64,000 bases of DNA, taken from assembly GCA_043228905.1 (NCBI GenBank), contig JBHGNT010000011.1, forward strand, positions 10,168,001 through 10,232,000. The letters are read 5' to 3'. This document shows positions 48,501 to 60,213 of the stretch, in pieces (within the stretch, counting starts at the first letter, position 1; the number at the start of each line of letters is the position of its first letter). The stretch is from Azolla caroliniana (taxonomy: Eukaryota; Plantae; Polypodiophyta). The notes under the pieces are model-generated. The model was not told where the DNA came from, ran no database searches, and was given only the letters and a program-made list of their open reading frames with translations. The position numbers and the translations under genes were made by a program.

Positions 48501-51094
48501 TGGGCCGGCGATGCATCGGATCAGCGATCCACCTCCGGCTGTATGTTTTCCCTTGGTAGCGTGGCTATCGCGTGGAGCAGCAAAAAGCAGCCAACAATGG
48601 CCCTTTCGAGCATTGAGGCTGAATACCGGGGTGCTACCGTTGCCACCTGTGAAGCCATTTGGCTTCGGTGACTGCTGCAAGACTTGCGGATCGAGGTGCT
48701 GACCCCGATCTTGATCTACTGCGACAACATAAGCAGCATGCAGCTCGCCAAGAACCCCGTATTCCATGCTTGCACAAAGCACATAGAAGTGCACTACCAC
48801 TTCGTGCGTGAGCGTGTCCTGAGCGGTGAAGTCGAACTTCCGTATGTTCATAGGGATCGGCAAGTTGCCGACATCTTCACCAAACCATTCGGATCAGACA
48901 AGTTGTAGCACTTCACCGAAATGCTTGGTGTTCAGCATCTCGACATGCCACACTTGAGGGGGAGAACGGGCAAAGACACCAGAATGGGCAAAGGCAAAGA
49001 AACTACCGATTGTGCTGGTGAGGGAAGAACCGACAAAGGGGGAGACAAGAAGAAGAAGGCCAAGTCCCGAACATGGTCCGATGTGGTGAAGGGCCTGGAA
49101 CCGGAAGACGAATTGGGAGCGATCGATTCGGACAAGAGTTGGAACGAGTCGGAGACAGTTGATCTAGTTCAACAGACGGATTTAGAAGAACCAGATCAAC
49201 TAAAGGCCAAGCGGACGAGAAGGCAGCGGAAGTCGACACCAACACGAAGGAACCGGCGGGTCGACAAGCGTTGAAGTCATAGCAGCGAGGGAGCTGAATT
49301 GGGTATGTTGAGCAGACAAACCGACCGAGGAGGTCGAGGTGCGCAGAATCAGAAGGGTTGTGGCAAATGGAACCGGACCGGACGAGGAGCGCGAGCGAGG
49401 CAAAGTGACGCCAGAAGGAGTCGGGTGGAAGGACCGGCTGCCATGGAGACTGACACTACGATCCCACCTCAAGTTGAGCTTGAGGGGGAGTGTTGAGCGG
49501 CAAGCTCAACCGGATCCGGATCACCTGAATAAGCCTGAGCCGGATCGGTGAGCTAGTGAGCCAGTGAGCTGGGGAGCCAGTTAGCCAGATCCAGCAGTAA
49601 CCAGAAGCTTAGTAGCAACCTAGGCTACTAGATAGTTAATGTCTCGTAGTTAGTGTCAGACACTCGTGTGAGCATTGAAGTACACCGTACTTCTGTTAGT
49701 CCGTATGGACTTGTATAAAAGTGTTCACTGAACACATACGATGTACAGAGCATTACAGAGAACTGTTATTTTTTTAATAGAGTATTGTGTCCTCTCTCTC
49801 TCTGTGTCTCTCCCGCGTACTGTGTATATTCAAGCTCTCCATTAAACTTGCGTATTTTTCTGTCTTCGGTTTTCTACTTGCTTCCGCACACTATTCTTTA
49901 CAGGATCACTATCACATCAAGAATAATGGATATAAACATGAATTCCTCTCAAATTGTGGGGGACATCGATATCGAAACAATTAATCCAAAAAAGAGTAAT
50001 GTGATGGTTGAATGTAATCGTGAAAGGGAAGACATTGGAAGCTCTAAGAGGTTTAAGGGCATTGAGGAAATTAATGAGAAAAAAGCGACATATGCCGAAG
50101 TAATATATGTAGATGAGTTTGACAAGGATCATTGTAATTGGGATAATTTATGGGGAATTGTCAATACCTTATTGTCTGATGTTGTGGAAGAAAATGAAAA
50201 TGCAACGAAAGAATACAATGATGTGGATGTTGATGCTAAGACAGTGTCGCAATCTTTTGATGTATTCTATGATCGTGCGGTTATATTGTTTTTTATTGGG
50301 AAACTCCCATACATTAATTGGAATAAACAATGGTTGGAAACAATCGTGTCACCAAATTTTGTTAAAAATATATATGCAGGATCACGAGGGTTTTATGATG
50401 TAGTGTTTCATTCACCGGAACATCGAAGTGCATTATTGGCTAAAGTTCCGGTGTTTTTTGATAAACGATTGGTGCATGTTATGCAACGGTCCCCCGTTGT
50501 GGACTATCATGCTTTGTTGAAACAAGAATGCCTTGTTTGGGTAACAGTGGATTGTAAGCATGCTTTTTTATGGCCACTTTTACTAGAGTTGATGAGTCAA
50601 ATGGGTAAAGTGTTGGTATCTCCACATGCTGTTACCCGGCCGGCAAAGGAGCTAAGGACACCAAGACCAGGGTGTGAAAAGGGGAATTGTTATTTGGGAA
50701 TCTGTTGTAATTACTAGTCTTAATATATTAATATATGAGAAAATGTGGACGGACGGACCGGAATCGGTATGCCGATCCGGATCCGGACCGATCCTGAATA
50801 GGTGTTGGTTGGCACCGTTTTGTACTTCGCACCGGTGACCTATATAAAGGCTCGGTTACAATGTAATCATCAACGGAGAGTAATATAAACCTTTTGTTAA
50901 TCATTGAGTATTGTTCACCGTTCTGTGCTTATTGTATATCTTACGCGTGTTAATGACGTATTGCTAAGTAACCAATTAAGGTCCAATTAAGCGTTGTGTC
51001 GTAAGTTATCTCGCCGTAACACCCTTTGGTGAAGTGTCTTAAGTGGACACCCTGTGTTAGGCTATTGTCCGGCCCTAAGGATTAACACAGTTTT

Positions 51095-51105
51095 TGGCGA
51101 CCACG
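51095..51105 (+). promoter_or_regulatory. Minus-strand primer binding site, tRNA-Arg type
   Basis: TGGCGACCACG lies 7 nt after the 5' LTR. It is complementary to a ...CGTGGTCG-CCA tRNA-Arg 3' end as I recall it. Confidence 0.75.
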
Positions 51106-51142
51106 ATTCCTGCACAATCGCAGTGAACAACGACGGGAATGG

Positions 51143-54100
51143 ATGACTAGGCCAATGGACGACCCGGTTACGGAGAGAGCAAGAAGACTTGTTGAACGGC
51201 GAAGGCGGCGAGAGGCTTTCCAGCAAGTGGTAGAAGAAATCCGATCGGATCGATCATTTTCCAAAGTTATCCAGAAAGTAGCGGAGGAGTCGCTCCGTCT
51301 ACAACAAAACGCCTACCCGGACAAAGGAAGCAGCTTAACCAGTCTCTGGGAAGTGGAATCCCTTCTCTAGGCCTTGGCCGGAGGAGACGGCGAATCCGAA
51401 GCATTTTCGGCGCTGGAATCGGATTCGGAACGGGTTATAGCGTCGCAGCAGTAACGACACCCCAGGAGAACTGGAGGACAAGGAGTCGGATACATTACCG
51501 ACACCGGAACCAGAATTGTCAGACCGGGAACCTCCGGCACTAGACTTGGAGCAACCTCCGGAGACGGAAGAGGACAAAGAAAGACCTCCGACACTGAAAG
51601 TCGAGGAGGAGAAGCTGGCAACACCGAAGGAGGAGGAACACAGACCTCCAACACCGACAGAGGACCGACAAAGACCTCCGACTCTGACAGAGGACCAGCA
51701 ACGACCTCCAACGCCGACAGAAGAGCAGGAAAGATCACTGACACCGCCAGCCCATGTCCCAACATTTGACGACGATATGCCGTTCCAGTACCCCAACTAT
51801 AGGGATGACCCGGACGCGGAGGCTCATGTTCACGCTTTTCAGCAAACATGGGAGGCGAACCATGTGTCACAACGGTTAACCGCAGCCGAAGAGGAACGAT
51901 CTAAGATAGCCGAATTCGGCGTGACATTGGAAGGACCGGCCACCAGATGGCACCGGACGTAGGACCCTACCACCATCACCACCTTTGCGGACCTGAAAGC
52001 TAAATTTTTGCACTTCTTTCAGAAGGAGGTGGACCAGAGAGAAATGGTGGGCCTATTTTATACCATCCGGCAGGACCCTAGGGAGACCATTCCGCAATTT
52101 GTCATCCGGTTTCAACGGATGCACAGTCAGCTTACCCGAACACATCTGGAGGAAGAAACACGGGCTATATTCTTAGCCGTGCTTTGGGAACCTCTACGAA
52201 CGATATGCACGGTCATCGACTTTCACACAAGTACCGTCGACCAGGTTAGAGAAATGGAGAAAACAAGCTCTTGGCTAACAATAGGAGCACTCCAATGAGT
52301 GTTACCAACCGATGAGGATCTCCGGTTTCGATAGGCCATTCAATGCACAACATGCCTAAATGCCGGATACTCAGCAGTAGAATGTACCATGCGGTTGCAA
52401 TGTCTACTATGCCATTCCAGGAACCACACAATGGAGCAGTGCGAGTACAATTTATTGAATCGCCAAGCACCACTGGTTCGGCAAATCGAACCACGGAGTA
52501 CTAAGGAGGAGGAAGAAGAATGTTGGAGGCGAGAAGAGCGATACCGACCGGCACAGGATGTCCGGTACATGGAAAACTATGACCAGTATGATAGATATGA
52601 TCGGTACCGGGATTATAATGGACGGTATGAAAGATACAATCAGGACCAATCCCCTGGTTACAACCAATGAAGGGAAGCCTACGACAGACATGATGACAAG
52701 CCCCGTCAAGAGTATCAGAACAAAAAGAAACGCCATTTCAAGAAAAGGGGTCACCTACGGGAACCGGAGAAGGGCGCCTCAAGCAGCCAACCGGATCAAA
52801 GCCCCGCCGTTACCACAGGTCCTCCACCGGGGGTAAGAAACAACGCCGAATCCAACACTACCCGGAAAGCATATTGCTACTATTGCCAACAAGAAGGACA
52901 TTATAGTAATCAATGCCTAGCCAAGAGGTATGATAAACGACCGACGGTGAACATGGTAGTCGCCGAAGTCGTAGACCTACAGCAGGTAACCACAAGATCG
53001 AAGGGTAAGGTGACGGAATGGGAGGCGCAAGAGGCCATCCGCAAGCAGGCAACGCAATGGGTAAAAAAGGCGAATGCGCGAAACATGGCAGAGCTTGCGC
53101 AGCAAAAGGAAAATACCGAAGAGCTCGCCGGCGGCAGTCAGCCCGAAAATGCGACATGGCAGGCATTGCAGGAATGCCAAATCACGCTGCCATTAGGACG
53201 GCTCCTGCAGCTAGTGCCCAGATTCACAGAAGGACTCAAGACAGGCATGACGGCAGGAGAAACACCATCGGCTCCAACATTCTTCTCAAATCTGGAGGAG
53301 GGACATGCGGTAGTAGACACAAATAGTCCGGCGAGTTACACGGAACACTAATAGATGGAGGATCCGGCGTCAATGTGATTTGCCTCCAAACGTGCAAAAC
53401 TTGGGAATCCAAGAGTGGGAACCATGCCCGTTTTGGCTGCGGATGGCGGATACAAGCTCAGTGTGACCGACCGGCTTGATACGAGATTTGGAAGTAACGA
53501 TCGGCGGCCACGCATTTCGCATTTCGCTACAACTACGGGCACAAGGAGCTTACCCACTATTGTTGGGGCGGCCGTGGTTGAAAACGACGCACATTAAACA
53601 AAACTTGAGGAAGAATATAATCACCTTCCGGCGGGGAAAAGCAAAAGTACGGGTACCGACACAACCACGGACGGGTACCGGGAAGGAATTGACACCCCTA
53701 TACGCCGAATGCGTCAATATGCTGGACGGATTAGCAGACAAAGAGGTAGATCAATACTTGCAGGATAATCCGAAGATCGTACCTCTGTTCGAAATCGACA
53801 TAGCTGAAGCCGTATCACCATACATACTGCCACCGGACGGAGCCGACGAGGAACCAAATAAAGAAGTGATCCGGGAGCTACGACAAGCATAGGAGGCGCT
53901 AGAAAGAGAAATGGTCGTATCGCAACGGGTTAAAACATCCCAACTAGAGGAGGTAAATCTAGGAACTACGGAAGAGGCGAGACCGGTGCACATCGCCAAG
54001 GAAATGACTCCGGAGTACAAAACGGCAATGATTACACTTCTCAAAGAATTTTGGGACGTGTTTGCCTGGTCTTACGAGGATATGCGAGGGCTCGATCCTC

Positions 54101-56965
54101 AGCTATATCAGCATAAGATACATTTGAGCAAAGACGCCAAACTAGTAGCACAATGGCGGTACCGGATGAATCCAAATTACGCCGCCAAAGTCAAGGAGGA
54201 AATCGACAAGTTGCCGAGGGTTGGCTTTATCCGCTCAGTAAAGAAATCTACATGGCTGAGCCCGATAGTAGTCGTACCAAAGAAAAATGGCAAAATTAGA
54301 GTTTGTGTCGACTACCGTAAGCTTAATGTGGCAACGGTAATAGATGCATTCCCACTCCCATTTACGGATGGAGTTTTGGATGTAGTCGCCGGCCATGAGG
54401 TATACAGTTTCTTAGACGGATTCAACGGATACAACCAGATCCGGCTGCACCCCGATGACTAGGAGAAAACGGCTTCCGTCACCGAATGGGGAGTGTTTGT
54501 TGCCGTAGTAATGATGTTCGGACTAAAAATGGCGCCGACAACGTTCCAGAGGATCACCATGGAAATATTTGGAGAATTCATACCGGCATTCATTCAGGTG
54601 TTTCTGGATGACTTCGCCGTCTATAGCCGGGAAGGAGATCACTTTCAGCACCTCCGACTGTGTCTAGAGAAATGTCGGGCTTATCGGCTAAGCTTGAATC
54701 CGGCAAAATGTGTATTCGGAGTGTCAAGCGGGGCGCTATTAGGACACATTGTGAGCAAGGAAGGAATTGTCGTGGACCCGGATAAAGTAAAAGCAATCTT
54801 GGAGGCACTGGCACCAACAACGGCCAAAGCATTAAGCCGTTTCTTAAGCCAAATCCGGTGGCATAGCCGAATGCTCCGGTATCTGGCGGACCTAGCTACA
54901 CCACTGCATGTTGCGGTACACCAAACACCGTTCCAGTGGACCGACACCGAAGACAAGGCATACTGGGCACTCAAAGTACTATTGTCGCAAGCGCCGGTAG
55001 TGCAATCCCCGGATTGGGCTAAGGAGTTTCATGTGTTCATGGATGCGTCCGACATTGCAATCGGAAGTGCGTTGATGCAACTTACGGAGCCAAGGTGGTA
55101 CCAGCCCGTATATTACGCAAGCTGAAAGTTATCCCAAGCCGAATGAAATTATTCCACCACGGAAAGGGAAGCTTTGGGCATGATCTACAACGTGACAAAA
55201 TTCAGACATTATTTGCTGGGAAGGAAATTTTCCTTCCACGTAGATAATTTGACACTCCTCTATTTAGTTTCCAAAGCGTCACTAACCGGTAAGTTGGCAC
55301 GGTGGACGTTGCTGTTGTAGGAATTTGAGTTCGAAATATTCCACCGACCCAGCATATAGCATGCAGTAGCAAACTATTTGAGCCGGTTAGATTCCGGCGA
55401 GACTGGTGACGGAGTCCCGAATGAGTTTCCGGATGTTGAGCTATTTCGAGTCACCGCGGAAACGACAATAGATGAAACGGTGGCACAAGAAGATAAGTGG
55501 CTAACGAATATGCAACAATTTCTGAGCACCGGATTGCCTCCGGAGGAGATGAACCGGGACGAGAGGAAATGCCTGGCGGTACAAAGCCGACACTTTTGTT
55601 TATTATGGACATGCTATACCACAAAGGCGCGGACGGTATATGGTGATGGGCAGTGCGCAACGACGAGAAGGATATAATACTATGAGAAGCACACTGCGGA
55701 GTCGCCAGACGCCATTACGCCGGAGATGCTACGGCAAGGAAGATATGGCAGAGTGGCCTATGGTGGCCGACAACACTGAAAGATGCGGTCTGGTATGCTA
55801 AAGAATGCGATTATGTCAGCGAATGGGCCAGCCAACCGAACAAGCTAGGATGTCGCACCAGCCGGTGCTGCCGTTAGAACCATTTTAGAAATGGGGGCTA
55901 GGTTTTGTGGGTCCATTCAAACCACCGGCAATGAGAACCGGCAACCGGTATGTGATCATAGCTACGGATTACTGCATGAAATGGGTAGAAGCCAAAGCCT
56001 TGCGCGATAACACCGCGGCGTTGACGGCGAAATTCTTGTATGAATACATCTGGTGCCGGTATGGATGTCCGATAGAGCTAATAAGTGACCAAGGAGGGCA
56101 CTTCCTCGGTCAAGTGGTGGAAAGCTTGACGTCGTTCTATGCCATGGTGCATAAACGGAGCACGTCATACTATCCGCAAGCAAACGGGTTAGCAAAGTCG
56201 CCGAACAAAACGCTACAGAATATCCTTCGGAAAATTGTCAACGAAAACCGGACAGATTGGGATACGAAGTTGCACAGCGCACTCTGGGCTTACCGGACAG
56301 CCTACAAAACAAGCATCCAAACCACACCGTTCCGGCTAGCATTCGGATTGGAGGTCGTCATGCCGATAGAGTTCCAGGTCCCGAGCTTACGGATTCAGAT
56401 TAGGGAACGGTTAAACAAGAAGGAATCGGAGGCAATTCGGTTAGTAGCTCTGTGCGAATTAGAAGAACACCGTTTAGCGAGCATCTTGCACCTGGAATTA
56501 GAACAGCAGCGAAGAAAAGCATTCGTGGATCGGCATCGAAAAGGAAACAAGGAAATGTTTGAAATCGGCAAGCCGGTATTAGTGTTCCAGACCCGGATGG
56601 GCAAGATGCCGGGGAAGCTTAGGTTTCAGTGGACCGGACCATACTAGATTAAGCGCGAGTACAACGGTTCTTACCAGTTAGGGACACTTGCCGGAGAGGT
56701 CCTGGGTAAGTGGGTCAACGATTTTCGACTAAAGCCATACAAGGGACCAATGCCGAGGAACCCATTTGAACAAGGAAAGGCCGATGCTGAACCAGATACC
56801 GGGATACCGGAAACAATAGCAACCCGATTAGCAATTGGCAACAACGAAGCCGGTAAGGGGGACAAAGAGCCGGCACACGGGTTGGATAAGAGGACAACAA
56901 ACTGTCACGAGGCCGACAAGCTTCCTCATTCGGGTAAGGGTCCGATAGGACCGGAGAAGAATTAA
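51143..56965 (+). pseudogene. gag-pol of the non-chromovirus Gypsy, with stops and frameshifts
   Basis: Gag with Pro-Thr repeats and CCHC knuckles, protease LIDGGSGVN, RT VCVDYRKLN...FLDD, RNase H MDASDIAIG, integrase LISDQGGHF...YYPQANG, and a GPY motif. Confidence 0.92.
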
Positions 56966-57380
56966 CCTAACAATTGATTTTTAAAATAAAATAAAATAAA
57001 ATAAAAATCCGAAATGAATCAAAGAAATCATGCAAAGGAGTGGGCTGAATGGACATGCAAACGAGGAGTAAAGAGGTACTTCAAAAAGGCACGAGGGGGC
57101 TATGAATAGGGCATTAAACCGCCGCCACATGGCACATAATGCTATTATAGTACACGACCTGCACACGCGTAGGCTCGAAAAAGGCGCCGAGATGCAGAGA
57201 CAAACCCCCCCACGCATCGAGACCTTCTTCTTTCGCGAACCAACGAGCACAAACGCACACAGGCGCTTGAAGATAATAAGAAGAGAGCCCACGCATAGAG
57301 AACCCCCTCACACAGAGCTTTCTCTCTCTCACTCCCTCCACCGTCAAACCTCGCCAACACTTTCCGACTTCGACGCAGAT

Positions 57381-60163
57381 ATGGACTGCCAGACACTCTC
57401 TGAAGCCGCCAAGAAATGGCTACGGCAGCACAGATTGGAGGGCTTCTTGACAATCATGGAGGCGGCACCACACAAGGAGGCAGACAAGATCATCAAAGAA
57501 ATTGACACAGAGTTGATCACGGAGGAAGCGATCCGTGCACTAACAGGCGTTCTGGAGGAGGGCATCTATACTATTGACAACCCTACCTCCGAACGACTCA
57601 TCAAATACTTCGGCGAGTATTCTCTGGCCAGCAAGGGCTAAAGGACACAGGGCAGAGAAGATATGTTATTCCGAGAAATTGCCCGTGTACTCCATGAGTT
57701 CGACCACGTATACCCTCGACCGCCCGTTATGCCTCAGAACCGAGCAGGCTTGATCATCGCAACATACGAAGGGGTCAAGGTGGATTGGCCGGTGCTGATC
57801 GTCGACGGATTGTGCGCGGCTATTGAAACCGTAAGAGGTAAGGAAGCCAAAGAAGGCCGGAAAATATGGCATGTGGTGGCACAATGGCTCACCCTATTGG
57901 CGCCACTTGTCGAGCCCGTCCAGACCAAGAAGCGGGGAAGAGCAACAGACGGCACCCCGAAAGCTACTTCAAAATGACAACAGTTGTTGGCCACCAAGAT
58001 CACTAAGGGGAAGATAGCCGACACGGAGCAGGCAGCGAAGGAGCGTGCCATCCGGAAGCGGCCGACTAATACGCAGGAGGAGACACCGGCATGGCCCCAG
58101 AAGATCACACTCCGTCGACCGGTGCAGCAAGAAACGGACACCCTGGTGGCAAGAATGAATGCTGGGACTCAGGAGGAGGAAATAGAGGAAGAACCTACGG
58201 AGCACCTCCAGCGGCGGCCGACGACGAGCACCGCAGAATTAGACGGGAAGCGTTCGGACCCACAGAAGGATGGAACTCCTTTACTCCACACTGAGAATCC
58301 CACGTCAAGGGAGGAACCGGTCTCAAAAGCCCCTGCACAACATGCAATACCAGTAATGCAGGTGCCACCTTCCTCAACCGGCCAAGAACAAGCAAAACAA
58401 GAGCAGCCAGCCAAAACACAACCGGAACCTGAACGACAACGTGGTCAGCAGGCAGAGCCGGAATTGCAGCTCGACGCAGTTAGGCGGGACCGACCACTGG
58501 CAAGTGAACCCATCAACCAACCCTCCGTCTAAACGCACAACAGGGCACCGACAACCAATGGCTCCGGTGGATAGGAGAGTAGGTTGCCGTAGTGATACTG
58601 TATGTAGAGGCGGAAGAACGAGCGCAGATGGAACAGTTGCTAGTCACAACCGATGAACTAGAGACGGCCCGGTCAAGGATCCGATGCCTTGAACAAGACT
58701 TGGATCGGGTCACAGAAGACATGGCCAAAATGGCCTTAACCGCAACACAGATCCAAGCATTGGTGACCCAGTGGATGTACAGAATAAAGAAACAACCACG
58801 CCTGTACACACGAATAAGACCCCGGAGACAGAAACTGTCCCGGAGAAAGATGCGGTGCAAGCCCAAGAGCTTGCCAAATTAAGGGACGAACTTGCCGCAC
58901 AAGAAGCACTACGGAGCCGCGAACGAGATTTGAAGAAAGCGGTAGAAGAGGAGTTAAAGAAGACTATTGAAAACCTCCGTCGGGCTGAAGAAAATCTGCG
59001 GAAAGGGCATCAAGCTTACGACCGGCTAAAGGAGGAAAAAGAAAAATTGCTACAGGAGAAGGACAAGCTGCGACGGATGGCGGAAACGGAAATCGAAAGG
59101 CTGAAAGAAGAACTCTGTCAACAAAAGGACCGGGAAGACCACGCTCGTCGGCAAATCAACCAGAGGCTGAAGCAGAAGACAGAGGACTTCGACCACCTGC
59201 ACCGGAACTTTAAGAGCTTGGACATGGAGCATAAGCAACAACAGGAAAGGATGGCCGAGCTCCAGTAGAAGTTGATCGGGCCACGACGGCACTCGCCGAC
59301 GAACGGGCTGAGAATACAAAGCTATTGGAGGAAGAGCGAGGGACCGGATGGCGCTCCACAAGCCGCACCATGAAGAAAAGGAGAGGGCGACAATGGTGTT
59401 ACAGAAGTTGCAAAACACCTATCAAGGTCAATTGTCGCATTATAGGGAGCAGGAGGCGGACACGGTCAAAATCATCAAGCAATTGAAAGAGGAGCGACAA
59501 GCCGCGGAGAACAAATCACAGATGGGAATGGAACGGATCCAATGCATCCTCCGGGCATGGCTAAACAAGACCAAATGCTTGATTGAAGAGAGCTCCGTGC
59601 GATGGTGGACGAAATGGGCACAGAATACGGCTGAACTCCAGTTGCTCAAGGCGGACGCGGAAAACTGGCGGAAGGAAGGTGACGACTGTTACATGCTAAC
59701 ATCGGAGGACTTCACCGCCATAAAGGATGAGCTGATAGAATATTTCACAGCTTTGGCGGATGAGCAATTGGTGCAGGTCCGACAACTCATAGCTCAACTG
59801 GATGCTCAAATCCAGTTTGAGAGCTATGAGCGGTCCCGGCTTAGGGAAGAAAAAGCAAGGCAAGCGGCAACGGTCAACCTTAGTGATGAGGAACCGTCAT
59901 CGGTACAAGGACCAGATGGGGACCAGGCCGGGGTAAGTCAACCAGAGAAAACTCCGACGGAGGAAACAACGAAGGAAACTCCGGTGCCAGAGCAACAATC
60001 AGAGCCGCAGCTAGAGTCGGAGCCACAAACGGAGAAGCAACCCCAGCCACAATCGGAGCAGTCGCAACAACAACATCACCAGCAACCACAACCACAACAG
60101 ATTCTCGTAGAACCACTGGAGACCCTGGAGCAAAGCATCCTGGATATCTTGGACGAAGAGTAA
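57381..60163 (+). pseudogene. Extra sense ORF 3' of pol (about 900 aa when reconstructed; globular N-terminus, low-complexity linker, long coiled coil, Q/E/P-rich tail)
   Basis: ORF pieces 57102-57641, 57663-57977 and 57984-58532 are in one frame, followed by 58592-58882, 58771-59268 and 59348-60163. The ORF ends 52 nt before the 3' LTR. Confidence 0.75.
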
Positions 60164-60172
60164 GGGGCCGGT

Positions 60173-60213
60173 GTGGGATTCGACGTACAAGGTACTGTCC
60201 CACGGGCGTGCCA
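60173..60213 (+). other. tRNA-Arg 3'-end-like sequence ending in CCA at the position of the PPT
   Basis: GTGGGATTCGAC-GTACAAGGTAC-TGTCCCACGGGCGTGCCA, then TG, then the 3' LTR. Confidence 0.75.

Larger units (their letters stand above)
44540..49902 (+). mobile_element. 5'-truncated Ty1/Copia (copy C, relative of A and B); 3' LTR 49491-49902
   Basis: Gag knuckle ECWYCGKKGH, protease VWYVDS, a 538-aa INT-RT ORF (46471-48087), RNase H, PPT TTGAGGGGGAG and LTR TGTTGAG...CTTTACA. Confidence 0.93.

Noticed and set aside
49785-50717. 310-aa host gene
   Set aside because: It is a chimeric read-through from the Copia LTR into L1 ORF1 and on into the Gypsy LTR.
57381-60163. True retroviral envelope gene
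   Set aside because: No signal peptide or transmembrane segment is visible. It is kept as an extra ORF of unknown function.
60164-60185. GGGGCCGGTGTGGGATTCGACG resembles a bacterial tmRNA 5' end
   Set aside because: Only about 50 nt separate it from the CCA and there is no tag ORF or pseudoknot region. A tRNA-Arg 3'-end match explains the segment better.
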